Numbered from the stretch's first letter, positions 1 to 8,653 are shown. The stretch is 27,763 nucleotides of DNA from Candidatus Heimdallarchaeota archaeon (GCA_019057375.1 DXJF01000017.1:1-27763); one strand, 5' to 3'. A program made the numbers and translations. Notes: generated by a model not told the origin, from the sequence alone.

Positions 1-2
1 TA

Positions 3-134
3 GGCTTAGGAATAGGAATATTAATCGATGTTTTTGTCTCAAGGTTATTTATTGTTCCTCCAGCTATAGTAATAACTTTCAGAGGGGAGAAAACAAAGAA
101 GAAAAAGAGAAGAGGTACTAAAGATGAGAAATAA
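3..134 (+). CDS. 3' end of an MMPL/RND-family transporter (partial, truncated by window edge)
   Basis: The frame from nt 3 reads GLGIGILIDVFVSRLFIVPPAIVITFRGEKTKKKKRRGTKDEK*, resembling the last TM helix of MMPL proteins (G-x-G-I-L-I-D...R-x-x-x-V-P) plus a basic tail. TAA at 132-134 overlaps the next ATG at 124. Confidence 0.6.
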   Translation, partial: GLGIGILIDVFVSRLFIVPPAIVITFRGEKTKKKKRRGTKDEK

Positions 135-1737
135 CAAATTGGTATCAGTTATTTTAGTTTTCATAGTACTTAGTCTTTCTGTCTCAAAAATAGAAGCTGA
201 ACATACTGAAAATTTTCGAGAGATTGGCTTTGAGGACAAAGGATATCTTATCAGTTATAGGATTGCTCAAGGTGAAAATCTAGATAATATGTTTGAAGAG
301 TTAGGTTTTGATTTACAGGGATCATTCTCAAATGGATTACTGAATGTTTTACTGAGGGAAAGGTCTACAGAATTTAGAGACATCTACTATATTGAATCTG
401 ACAAATTCATACAAACTCAGGAAACAGTATATTCTATCGAGAGTTATTTAGTTATCGAGGAACCTCTAACTGTTGAAATTAACACAGGAAGTGAATTTAT
501 AGCAGAGTTCATTGGTTTTAATTTCGAACCAGTAGATTCAGAAATTCTACATGCTGAACTACCCAAGGAAACCGCTATAATTATACCAAAAATCTTCACT
601 AACATAACTAGGCCAAATTTTGGAGCAATGATTAAAAATGCCAATTATTTTGATTTCTTACCTCTAATTATTGGGGAAGATTTTGATAGATATGAAGCTG
701 AATTCGCTTCTTTGCTTCTTGATGAATCTTTTTCAGTCAATATTTACAATAGAGGTGATGAAGAATTTACAATTTCATTAGATATAAAACTAGAAACTTC
801 CATATCGATACGTGCAACTTGGAACAAGTATAGTGGTCTATTAACTGCCCTCTCTGTTCATCTTATACATGGTGGTAGAAGTAGCGTTCTGGTAATCTCA
901 TTAGAAAGCTCTGAAGAGATTCTCTCCCCATTGGATTCTCCTCAGATGCGATTCTTTATTACGAATAGTTCTTCTAGACATGAAATTTATCAATTAAGGA
1001 ATTCTACTAAAGACCAACTAGAGCAGTGGGATCATTGGATTAACCAATTAAATCAAACATATGGTCTAAAATATTTATTTTCCAGATCTGGCTTAAATTT
1101 TCAAAAAACACTTTACGTATATGACAAACTTCTCGATTCTTATTTCTCATCAACGCCAGTTCACGGTTCATGGGTTGCACAGATTCCGCCTATTCTCATA
1201 CCAACATGGGATAAGTATTTAGGAATGACAATACTAGCAGAAAAATTATGGGAACAACTGCATCAAGTGTTTCACGGGTTCCAATTTACACTCACAGGTG
1301 TTACAAGCTCCTTATTTACCATTAGAGAAATAGATTTTCACATTGAGTATCAAAAAAGGGATGATCTTCACCACATCCTGTGGGAGTTTTCATTTGATTA
1401 CCAATCAAATAATACCCAAACTGTTATTCCAAGATTATTTATTCAAGATACAAATGTCTACATGAACGGATGGTTGGCATATACCGAAAGTGGTCAACTT
1501 CAATCATTTTCTCTTGAGTTTCAAGAATTCTATCACTCGTATTATGATCCACCTGAATTAGATTCAGGAAATAATTACTTCTTTGAATACTATATTGAAT
1601 CCATATCAGAAAATACCACTAAACCTGAGTTTGTGAGTATAACTGAAACACCTCATCCATTCCATTTTGAGCAGATAATTTTTTATTGTATTCTTGCTTA
1701 TTCAATTATTAAGAAGAAACGCAAAAGAAGGAACTGA
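124..1737 (+). CDS. Secreted, C-terminally membrane-anchored surface protein with two tandem homologous domains (choice-of-anchor/CTERM-like)
   Basis: N-terminal signal peptide (MRNNKLVSVILVFIVLSLSVSKIEA). C-terminal TPHPF, hydrophobic stretch, then KKKRKRRN. Halves resemble each other: FLPLIIGEDFDRY vs IPPILIPTWDKY, TWNKYSGLLTALS vs AYTESGQLQSFS, ISLESSEE vs YIESISE. Confidence 0.7.
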   Translation: MRNNKLVSVILVFIVLSLSVSKIEAEHTENFREIGFEDKGYLISYRIAQGENLDNMFEELGFDLQGSFSNGLLNVLLRERSTEFRDIYYIESDKFIQTQETVYSIESYLVIEEPLTVEINTGSEFIAEFIGFNFEPVDSEILHAELPKETAIIIPKIFTNITRPNFGAMIKNANYFDFLPLIIGEDFDRYEAEFASLLLDESFSVNIYNRGDEEFTISLDIKLETSISIRATWNKYSGLLTALSVHLIHGGRSSVLVISLESSEEILSPLDSPQMRFFITNSSSRHEIYQLRNSTKDQLEQWDHWINQLNQTYGLKYLFSRSGLNFQKTLYVYDKLLDSYFSSTPVHGSWVAQIPPILIPTWDKYLGMTILAEKLWEQLHQVFHGFQFTLTGVTSSLFTIREIDFHIEYQKRDDLHHILWEFSFDYQSNNTQTVIPRLFIQDTNVYMNGWLAYTESGQLQSFSLEFQEFYHSYYDPPELDSGNNYFFEYYIESISENTTKPEFVSITETPHPFHFEQIIFYCILAYSIIKKKRKRRN

Positions 1738-1738
1738 T

Positions 1739-3529
1739 ATGATATCCACAAATAAAGTACAAAATAATAAATTTGTATTAGATACTAATTTCTTTATCAG
1801 TGGATTTGAAACAAATCCTTCAGAATTTGCGTTATTCCTAGAAATAATAACAGAAATGGGAATTGAACTTTTTGTTACAAATTTTATTCTGCAGGAAATT
1901 CGCTGGTATCTCCGCAGAAGAATCAAGCCTCCTATTCAAGTCATAAAAATCCCAATCAAAGAGGTTAGAGATTACAAAGAGAATTTAGACAAAGAGGAAC
2001 TTTCTTCTCCCCAAATTAATGATTTATCAAATATAGTAGCAGCAAAACAAGTTAATGCAGTTGTGGTATCAAGTGATTTAAAGCTTGTAAAAACATGTGA
2101 GGCATTAAATGTTCCTGTTTTGATTAGCTCTTCATTTGTATTCTTACTAAGAAACACTTGTTTTCATGAAGCTCATAATGAGGTTCTAGAGAAACTCCAT
2201 GACATTGTTCTATCAGATGAGATTAGACATTCTGTTGAAAAAAGGCAAATGTTTGACCCTGTAACTAGAATTAAAAAAATCCAAGAACATGCAATCAATG
2301 TGCTACAGAACATTACTGCTGCAAATCAAATATCTCCAGAAAGGGAGACTTCGAAATATCATACCTTAGTAGAAGAGAATAATCTTATCGAATTAATGAA
2401 TGAGTTGGAATTTGAGTTTCCAAATTACATAGAAGAAATGGAAAAGGGGAATCTTGAAGTTCTAAGGTTAGAACTTGAAGAAGCATATATTGAACTATCT
2501 GATCAATCTTTGGAACTTCGAATTGCACTTCTAGAAAAGGAAAGTTATATTGAAGAGTTATCTATTCGGCTAAAAGCTAGAATACTTTATTTACTTAGTG
2601 TAGTTGAGTTTACACTTTTGGATTTTGAAAAATTAGATGGTCATCTGAATATTATTACTGAAATTTCTACAATTTTTCCCGCTCTTGTTTCAGACATTTT
2701 TATGGATCTTCAATTCCTAAGAATGGTTTATTTTCTAGTCACAGATAATCACGAAAGATTGAAAGGATATTATTCTGAAAAATTCCTATTTTTGTGTGAA
2801 AAACAAGGTCGCTTAGATTTACTAGGTCTAACCAGAGCCGTTATTTTAGCATCAACCATAATGGAAAGTGGTTTAATAGATAAAAAAGCAGTAATTGAAG
2901 AAAAAGATGAAATTTCCTTACTCATTCAGATTGGTTATATTTTACTGCAAAAGGAGCAATTTGAACATGCCTTATTGATACTCCTTCAGTCACATTATCT
3001 TGCTTTAAATCTTGAAGATCAAATTCTCTCAAAAGATACTCTAGAATTGCTTGTAGTTCTTCACTATGCGATAAAAGAGCGATGTACAGAGGAAATTTAT
3101 CAAGGAATCGAAGATTTGCAGGAATTAGGAATATATGAACTTCCAGTAATTAGTATAGCAAATATTAATGAATTACAAAGATTAATCTCTCATGAATATG
3201 TCCTTAAAGATGAGTTAGACATCTTTTTACAAGATTGGTTTTATATCTACCAAAGTGGTACTCTCATTAGAGAAGGGGAAGTTTACTCCTTTATACTTCT
3301 TAAGAATCCATATTACTCTCCAAGAATAGGTTTAATCCGAAAAACACCATTTTCTACTTATGATACAAGTCCCGGAAGACAAGTCAAACTATATGAAGGG
3401 AAGATCAAAGTTGTAATTCCTAAAGAATCTACAATTGGTGGTTTTCCAATAGATCTCATCATGCAAGTTGAAGAGAAAGAAGCAAAATTTATTTTCAGAG
3501 GACCATTTGGCATGAAAATAATCCTATAA
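1739..3529 (+). CDS. PIN-domain protein (putative RNase) with long helical C-terminal region
   Basis: Four PIN acidic motifs: FVLDTNFF, ILQEIR, INDLSNI, VVSSDLKL. ATG at 1739, just after the upstream TGA, is preferred over the track start at 1694. Confidence 0.75.
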   Translation: MISTNKVQNNKFVLDTNFFISGFETNPSEFALFLEIITEMGIELFVTNFILQEIRWYLRRRIKPPIQVIKIPIKEVRDYKENLDKEELSSPQINDLSNIVAAKQVNAVVVSSDLKLVKTCEALNVPVLISSSFVFLLRNTCFHEAHNEVLEKLHDIVLSDEIRHSVEKRQMFDPVTRIKKIQEHAINVLQNITAANQISPERETSKYHTLVEENNLIELMNELEFEFPNYIEEMEKGNLEVLRLELEEAYIELSDQSLELRIALLEKESYIEELSIRLKARILYLLSVVEFTLLDFEKLDGHLNIITEISTIFPALVSDIFMDLQFLRMVYFLVTDNHERLKGYYSEKFLFLCEKQGRLDLLGLTRAVILASTIMESGLIDKKAVIEEKDEISLLIQIGYILLQKEQFEHALLILLQSHYLALNLEDQILSKDTLELLVVLHYAIKERCTEEIYQGIEDLQELGIYELPVISIANINELQRLISHEYVLKDELDIFLQDWFYIYQSGTLIREGEVYSFILLKNPYYSPRIGLIRKTPFSTYDTSPGRQVKLYEGKIKVVIPKESTIGGFPIDLIMQVEEKEAKFIFRGPFGMKIIL

Positions 3530-4492
3530 TTCAATCCATGATTTGATTGTTTCAGTTAGTTCATTATTTGTGAAAGGATGTCGTTTTATTTTTTCAATTA
3601 TTTGACTTATTTCATGTCTTCTTTGGGTTGCAAGGACACCCATTTCCATTAATGCATCTCTTGCTTTTGTAAAAGCTTGTATTAGCTCATCTTTATCAGA
3701 TTCAACATAGACAACTGACATCAAATTTTCATATACTTGCTCTGGTGTAAGACCCCCCCAGTTCTTTGATATATCTGTCATTTCGGCAAATTCTGAAGAA
3801 ATAACAGCAAAACCTCTTCCAACCTTCTTAATGAAATTCTTTTGCATTAACCTAAAAAAAGCTCTTGAAATATCTTGAGGTTCAATTTTTAACTTTTGTT
3901 TTATCTCATCTTCTGTCATAGGCATCTCTACTTTGAGAAGAAGTCCTAGGATTTGCTGATCTGGTGTTCCACTTTCACTACAATGAATAGCTAAATCTCT
4001 TAGTGAAGAAACAAAGACATCATCTGTTGGTTTTTTGTAATAAGCCATTAAAGTATCAACAAAATTATTCACAGGCCCTAAATCTAACTCAGGAATATTT
4101 GAAACACTTGATTCGCTAGGTGGTTCATGAAGGGGGGTTGGAGGACTAAAAGTTGATTGTTGCGAACTTTCTTGAAGTGTATTAATTTCCAATTCTTTCT
4201 GCTGGACAGTTTTTTGTAGCTCATATTCTCGATCGCTTCTTGCTTTCTTATCTTGCTCGAAAAACATTCTTTCTTCTTCTACTCTCTTAGAATATTCTTG
4301 TATTTCCAAATCTTTATTTTGTATAACTTGAGTAAGTTTTGAAATTTCTACTTGCAGTTCTTCAATTCGATTAGACTGATTAGCAAGTCTTTGTTGTAAT
4401 TGTTGGATAAACTGCTGTTGAGCTTGAGTTCTTAACTTTGCTTTCTTTGGATCGTCTTTAGAATTTTCGTCATCAAATGGATTATGAACCAT
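3524..4492 (-). CDS. Coiled-coil + Pro/Ser linker + winged-helix protein of unknown function
   Basis: About 90 aa Q/E/K heptad region, linker SPPTPLHEPPSES, then a wHTH-like segment QILGLLLKVEMPMTEDEIKQKLKIEPQDISRAFFRLMQKNFIKKVGRGFAVI. Confidence 0.65.
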   Translation of the reverse strand: MVHNPFDDENSKDDPKKAKLRTQAQQQFIQQLQQRLANQSNRIEELQVEISKLTQVIQNKDLEIQEYSKRVEEERMFFEQDKKARSDREYELQKTVQQKELEINTLQESSQQSTFSPPTPLHEPPSESSVSNIPELDLGPVNNFVDTLMAYYKKPTDDVFVSSLRDLAIHCSESGTPDQQILGLLLKVEMPMTEDEIKQKLKIEPQDISRAFFRLMQKNFIKKVGRGFAVISSEFAEMTDISKNWGGLTPEQVYENLMSVVYVESDKDELIQAFTKARDALMEMGVLATQRRHEISQIIEKIKRHPFTNNELTETIKSWIEL

Positions 4493-4594
4493 TCTTTACA
4501 CCTAACTTTTCTTTAGAACCGTATCAAATAAAGTTATTCATTTAGTGCTTTGGATTTAACTAATAGAGTAATAAAGATTGACACTCTTGATTGT

Positions 4595-5215
4595 TTAATC
4601 AAGGTTTAATATCTCTCTGATAATCGTTTCAAAGCTTGTCTGATTTTCATCTAAAGTAACATATGGCCAGATTCTATTTTCAGTACTCATCATATATTCG
4701 GCTAGAGCTATTACATCTCCAACGCCATATCCAAGTTCTTTCTTATTTCTAGCCAAGAAATTGTCGAAGTTTCTTAGCAACTCATCTTCTTTTGCTTTGG
4801 CACCTTTTGTTTCATCAATACGATCTGGATTGTCAAGCCTTTTGAACCTAGTTTTCATAGAAGTATGAAACGCAATTACAAAGACATTATCATCACCATA
4901 ATGTTTTCTTAATATTTCAACCTCTGAAACCGCTCTTATTCCTGAGATAAAAACACCTGGGACTTCACTTGGAAGTGTGTCTATTTTTTTCATCAACCTT
5001 TCTGTAAAAAAGCTATCTGAAATCTTCTTACATTCATCAGTAACCTTCTTAATATTTTCAGGTGTAAAATCAAAACCTCTACTCGTCACTTCTTCTAGAA
5101 CTTCAGTACCAGTTTCATACAAGGGCATACTATATTTTGGCCCAATTACTTTAGCATTAGTCGTTTTACCACTTAGAGGCAACCCAGAGAGAACTACTAT
5201 TTTCACCAATTTCAC
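4595..5215 (-). CDS. UPF0200 / dephospho-CoA-kinase-like P-loop nucleotide kinase
   Basis: Walker A GLPLSGKTT plus FISGIRAVSEVE, TRFKRL and KELGYGVGDVIALAE, matching the archaeal UPF0200 pattern. The start may be GTG 5206, with AGGTGA as RBS. Confidence 0.8.
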   Translation of the reverse strand: MKLVKIVVLSGLPLSGKTTNAKVIGPKYSMPLYETGTEVLEEVTSRGFDFTPENIKKVTDECKKISDSFFTERLMKKIDTLPSEVPGVFISGIRAVSEVEILRKHYGDDNVFVIAFHTSMKTRFKRLDNPDRIDETKGAKAKEDELLRNFDNFLARNKKELGYGVGDVIALAEYMMSTENRIWPYVTLDENQTSFETIIREILNLD

Positions 5216-5227
5216 CTATAGATATTT

Positions 5228-5299
5228 TGGCCAGAGAGCTCACTCTCGTCACAGCTAGCCATAACATTGCTCAGAGAGGTCTATGATAAGCTCTGGCCA
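5228..5299 (-). ncRNA. Candidate K-turn hairpin RNA (H/ACA-guide-like, or an L7Ae-binding 5' leader)
   Basis: Minus strand: UGGCCAGAG-CUUAUCAUAGAC-CUCUC-UGA-GC-AAUGUUAUGGCUA-GC-UGU-GAC-GAGAG-UGAGCU-CUCUGGCCA. It has a 9-bp basal stem, an internal loop, a 5-bp upper stem, tandem sheared G.A pairs, a 3-nt bulge and a C-G closing pair. A TATA-like element lies just upstream. There is no exact ACA box (AAA/AUA follows). Confidence 0.55.
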
Positions 5300-5317
5300 T
5301 ATATACTAAAAGAAGGA

Positions 5318-5327
5318 TATTTAAAAA
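5318..5327 (-). promoter_or_regulatory. TATA-box candidate for the hairpin RNA / kinase transcript
   Basis: TTTTTAAATA on the minus strand, about 20 nt upstream of the hairpin's first base. Confidence 0.45.
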
Positions 5328-5360
5328 ATCAGTGGTTGAACATTAAAAGAGAAAAAGGGA

Positions 5361-6584
5361 TTAAAGGAGTCTTTTTTCACCTTCAATTTTTCTTATATCA
5401 GTAATATCTTGTGTAACTTCTAGAACGCCCAAGTATTCTCCAGCTTTATTTCTAACAGGGAAATATCGAATAAAAATCAATCTATCTCCTAACTCTAACC
5501 AGAATTCAGCTTTGTCAAGAGTTTTATTTTTGAAGTGTTCAATGATTTTCATCACTTTGTCTACACTTTTAGAAGGATGACAGTTTTCAACTAATCTACC
5601 TATAACACTTGGAGATCGTATAAACACTCTATCAGGACCTTCACTGTAAAATTTCACAACATCATCTTTATCAACAAAAGTCGTATCTACAGGCAGAGTT
5701 TTGAAAATCTGTTGAAGAATTTCCAAATCTAAAATTCCTGTACCTAAATCAACCTGTTTTTCATCAACCATTACAGGTTTAGTTTCCTCATCTATTCTAT
5801 CCTTTTCAGGGACAATATCAGGAGATAAGAAGAAATATCCAATATCATCAAATTGCTTTCTTACTTCAACCCAATCTGAGTCTTTTAGAAGTTTCAAAGC
5901 TGTAGGAAACAAGATTTTGTTTTCTTTTGGAAAATGACTAGCTAACTTCTCTGCTAAACCATGAGCATATAGGTGGAATTTCTCTAGAAAAGTAGGGAAA
6001 TTATGGTCACCTTTGTTTTTAACCAGACTAATCAGATTTTTCTCCAAATCACGAATCCGATCATGTTCTATCCACATTATTTTGGGAGGTTGAGTTACAC
6101 CATATTTTTCTAAGTACGAGAATAGAACATTTTCTTCTCTTAGATAATGATTTTCTGATTTTTGTAAAATATCAACTATATTTGCAATCTCTGTTAATTC
6201 ATTGATAATTGCAGGAAACTTATCTTTCTTGCTGATTTCTTTATAAATGTCTCTCAATCTATTGACATTCTCCAGCAGTATTACATGTTCTTGCATAAGT
6301 ATATGAATCGGATGACCTTCAGGGGCTAAATCCTGCTCTTCTTCGAGTGTTTCTTGTAGAACTGCTAAATGAACATCACACATATGATGAATTTGTTCAG
6401 CAGGCATACCTTCCTTTATAAGCTGTTCCTCAGCTTGAGCAATTTCCAAAGAAGAGAGATTTTTAATAACCTCTTTAAACTCTTCTTTTACCTTTTGAGG
6501 TTCTTCCCCATCATGTAATTTCTTGATGAGTTTCTTAATAGCTTCTTTATTCTTTATAGATTTTTCACTTACTTTCTCATGCAT
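5361..6584 (-). CDS. DUF438 + hemerythrin-like (HHE) + PAS_10 domain protein
   Basis: DUF438 (LHDGEEPQKVKEEF...HMCDVH), HHE motifs (GHPIHILMQEH, NHYLREENVLF, MWIEHD, SHFPKENKILFP) and PAS (DTTFVDKDDVVKFYS...NCHP...YLGVLEVTQDIT). Confidence 0.9.
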   Translation of the reverse strand: MHEKVSEKSIKNKEAIKKLIKKLHDGEEPQKVKEEFKEVIKNLSSLEIAQAEEQLIKEGMPAEQIHHMCDVHLAVLQETLEEEQDLAPEGHPIHILMQEHVILLENVNRLRDIYKEISKKDKFPAIINELTEIANIVDILQKSENHYLREENVLFSYLEKYGVTQPPKIMWIEHDRIRDLEKNLISLVKNKGDHNFPTFLEKFHLYAHGLAEKLASHFPKENKILFPTALKLLKDSDWVEVRKQFDDIGYFFLSPDIVPEKDRIDEETKPVMVDEKQVDLGTGILDLEILQQIFKTLPVDTTFVDKDDVVKFYSEGPDRVFIRSPSVIGRLVENCHPSKSVDKVMKIIEHFKNKTLDKAEFWLELGDRLIFIRYFPVRNKAGEYLGVLEVTQDITDIRKIEGEKRLL

Positions 6585-6795
6585 TTCTAGTCAATCCAAC
6601 GTTTTGAGCATTTTGAGAGAGCCTTATAGCCCCCATATACGAGCTTTTCTTTAACAAACTCTAAATAAATATTTAGTTGGACCCAAACTCATATTTTTCG
6701 AAATCAAACAAGTAGAGATTTTTTATTGGTTGAATAGAAGATTTTAAATGTCAGTAATTGGGCTGAAAAACGAGATTCAAAGGTGGGTTTTTCCT

Positions 6796-7482
6796 ATGTT
6801 TGAAAAAGCTGACAACCCTGATAAAGAAGAAGAATTCATTGAAGTAGATGTAGATAGTGAGCCTGAGGAACAAGTTTCCCAAGAGGAAATAAAGCTCGCT
6901 CCAGAAGAAGTTGAAAAAAATCATTTATCTGTTGAAATACTAAATCTGGTAAATAATAATCAAGTTGACAAATTAACTGAAATAATCTGGACATTAAACC
7001 AAAAATTGAGAGAAGCAAAGATCAAACAAGACGAATTTCTCTATACAGCTCAAAGGGTTCAAGCAGATTTTGAAAATTTCAAAAAGAGAATGCAAAAAGA
7101 TCAAGAATTCTCTAATTTCCGTAATAAAAGTAGTATTTTGCAAAAACTGACAACTGTATATGAAGATTTAGAAAGAACTCTAACAGTTTTAAATGAAAAT
7201 GATGATTTGAAATCTTCTAAAGATGCAATTAAGATGATTTTTAACAATACTAAATCTGCTTTCGAAACTTTAGGAATTAAAGTTATAAATCCGATTGATG
7301 ATATATTTGATCCGAAATATCATGAAGCTCTATATACAGTTGAAGATGCTAAAAAAGACAATAACCAAATAATAGAAGTTGTGTCAAAGGGATTCATGTT
7401 AGAAGGCATTTTACTTAAACCTGCAAGAGTTGTTATTGCTAAACCTCCTCAAAAGAAGAAAGAGGAAGATAATGACAACTAA
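6796..7482 (+). CDS. grpE: Nucleotide exchange factor GrpE
   Basis: QRVQADFENFKKR, FDPKYHEAL and EVVSKGFMLEGILLKPARVVI. ATG 6796 is preceded by AGGTGG and is preferred over 6748. Confidence 0.93.
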   Translation: MFEKADNPDKEEEFIEVDVDSEPEEQVSQEEIKLAPEEVEKNHLSVEILNLVNNNQVDKLTEIIWTLNQKLREAKIKQDEFLYTAQRVQADFENFKKRMQKDQEFSNFRNKSSILQKLTTVYEDLERTLTVLNENDDLKSSKDAIKMIFNNTKSAFETLGIKVINPIDDIFDPKYHEALYTVEDAKKDNNQIIEVVSKGFMLEGILLKPARVVIAKPPQKKKEEDNDN

Positions 7483-7608
7483 GTTTTATTGCATCTGTAT
7501 GTAGGAAATTTTAATTAATGGTTGGATTATCAGTATGATAGTAGCAGATTAGAATTAACTTATATTTCTATTACAGCTATAATGAATAAACTCTTTCAAG
7601 GTATTATC

Positions 7609-8649
7609 ATGAGTAAGCTAGGAATAGTATCCTATGGTTCGTATGTCCCTAAATTTCGTATATCTATTGAGGAAATAGCTAAGGTTTGGGATGAAGATCC
7701 GAATGAAATTATCTCACAATTACAGGTTTTTAGTAAATCAGTTCCTGGACCAGATGAAGATGTAGCTACGATGTCTGTTGAAGCAGCAAGAAACACAATA
7801 AGCCGATGGAAAGGGAATCCTCAAGACATAGGTGCAATCTATGTTGGGAGTGAATCTCACCCTTATGCAGTTAAACCTACTGCTACAATTGTTGCTGCAG
7901 CTATAGATGCTGAGAAGGAATTAACTGCTGCAGATTTGGAATTTGCATGTAAAGCTGGAACTGCTGGTATGCAAATGTGTTTTGGATTAGTTAAGTCTGA
8001 GATGATAAAATTCGGATTAGCTATAGGTTCAGATGACAGTCAAGCTAAACCAAGAGATCCTCTAGAATATACAACTGGAGCTGGAAGTGCAGCTTTTCTA
8101 ATTGGTAAGGAGAGAGTTGTTGCAGAGCTAGAGGGGACGTATTCAATCACTACAGATACCCCAGACTTTTGGAGAAGAGAAGGGGCGGTATTTCCTTCTC
8201 ATGGGAACAGATTTACAGGACAACCTGCATACTTTCAACATATTGTTGATGCTTCCAAAGGATTAATGGAAGAACTTGGAACCAAACCTTCAGATTATAA
8301 GTATGTTACATTTCATCAACCTAATACGAAATTTCCACTCACGGTTGCAAAAATGCTTGGCTTTACAACTGACCAAATCGACATTAGTTTAATCTGCAAA
8401 AACATTGGAAATACATATTCCGCTTCATCGATGCTTGGATTAGCACATATTCTTAATAATTCCAATCCAGGAGACAAAATATTTATGACTTCATATGGCA
8501 GTGGCGCTGGAAGTGATGCGTTTTCATTTTCAATAACTGACGAGATTGAAGCTCTCAAATTATATCCACTAACAGTTGAACATTATGTGAACAACAAGGA
8601 AGAAATTAACTATGGTAAATATTCTAGATACAAGGGGATTCTGAGGTGA
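7609..8649 (+). CDS. hmgS: Hydroxymethylglutaryl-CoA synthase (archaeal type)
   Basis: GIVSYGSYVPKFRI, GSESHPYAVKP (catalytic Glu), EFACKAG (Cys), FHQPN (His), GNTYSASS and SYGSGAGSD. ATG 7609 is preferred over 7522. Confidence 0.95.
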   Translation: MSKLGIVSYGSYVPKFRISIEEIAKVWDEDPNEIISQLQVFSKSVPGPDEDVATMSVEAARNTISRWKGNPQDIGAIYVGSESHPYAVKPTATIVAAAIDAEKELTAADLEFACKAGTAGMQMCFGLVKSEMIKFGLAIGSDDSQAKPRDPLEYTTGAGSAAFLIGKERVVAELEGTYSITTDTPDFWRREGAVFPSHGNRFTGQPAYFQHIVDASKGLMEELGTKPSDYKYVTFHQPNTKFPLTVAKMLGFTTDQIDISLICKNIGNTYSASSMLGLAHILNNSNPGDKIFMTSYGSGAGSDAFSFSITDEIEALKLYPLTVEHYVNNKEEINYGKYSRYKGILR

Positions 8650-8653
8650 TAAT

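Noticed and set aside
5281-5288. Pocket sequence UCAUAG complementary to CUAUGA in the LSU rRNA helix 69 loop
   Set aside because: Only 6 nt match, and the 3' guide strand (UGAGCU) does not pair with the flanking H69 sequence, so no target is assigned.
5228-5299. Hairpin as a eukaryote-like SECIS element
   Set aside because: The RUGA-type strand is on the 3' side with the non-canonical stem pointing to the base, opposite to SECIS. There is no apical AAR motif, and it is not in the 3' UTR of a UGA-containing gene.
7522-7608. N-terminal extensions in the ORF track (HMGS from 7522, also 1694, 6748, 17005, 22593, 27763)
   Set aside because: Downstream ATGs match family N-termini or RBS positions, and the extensions overlap promoter-like or neighbouring sequence.
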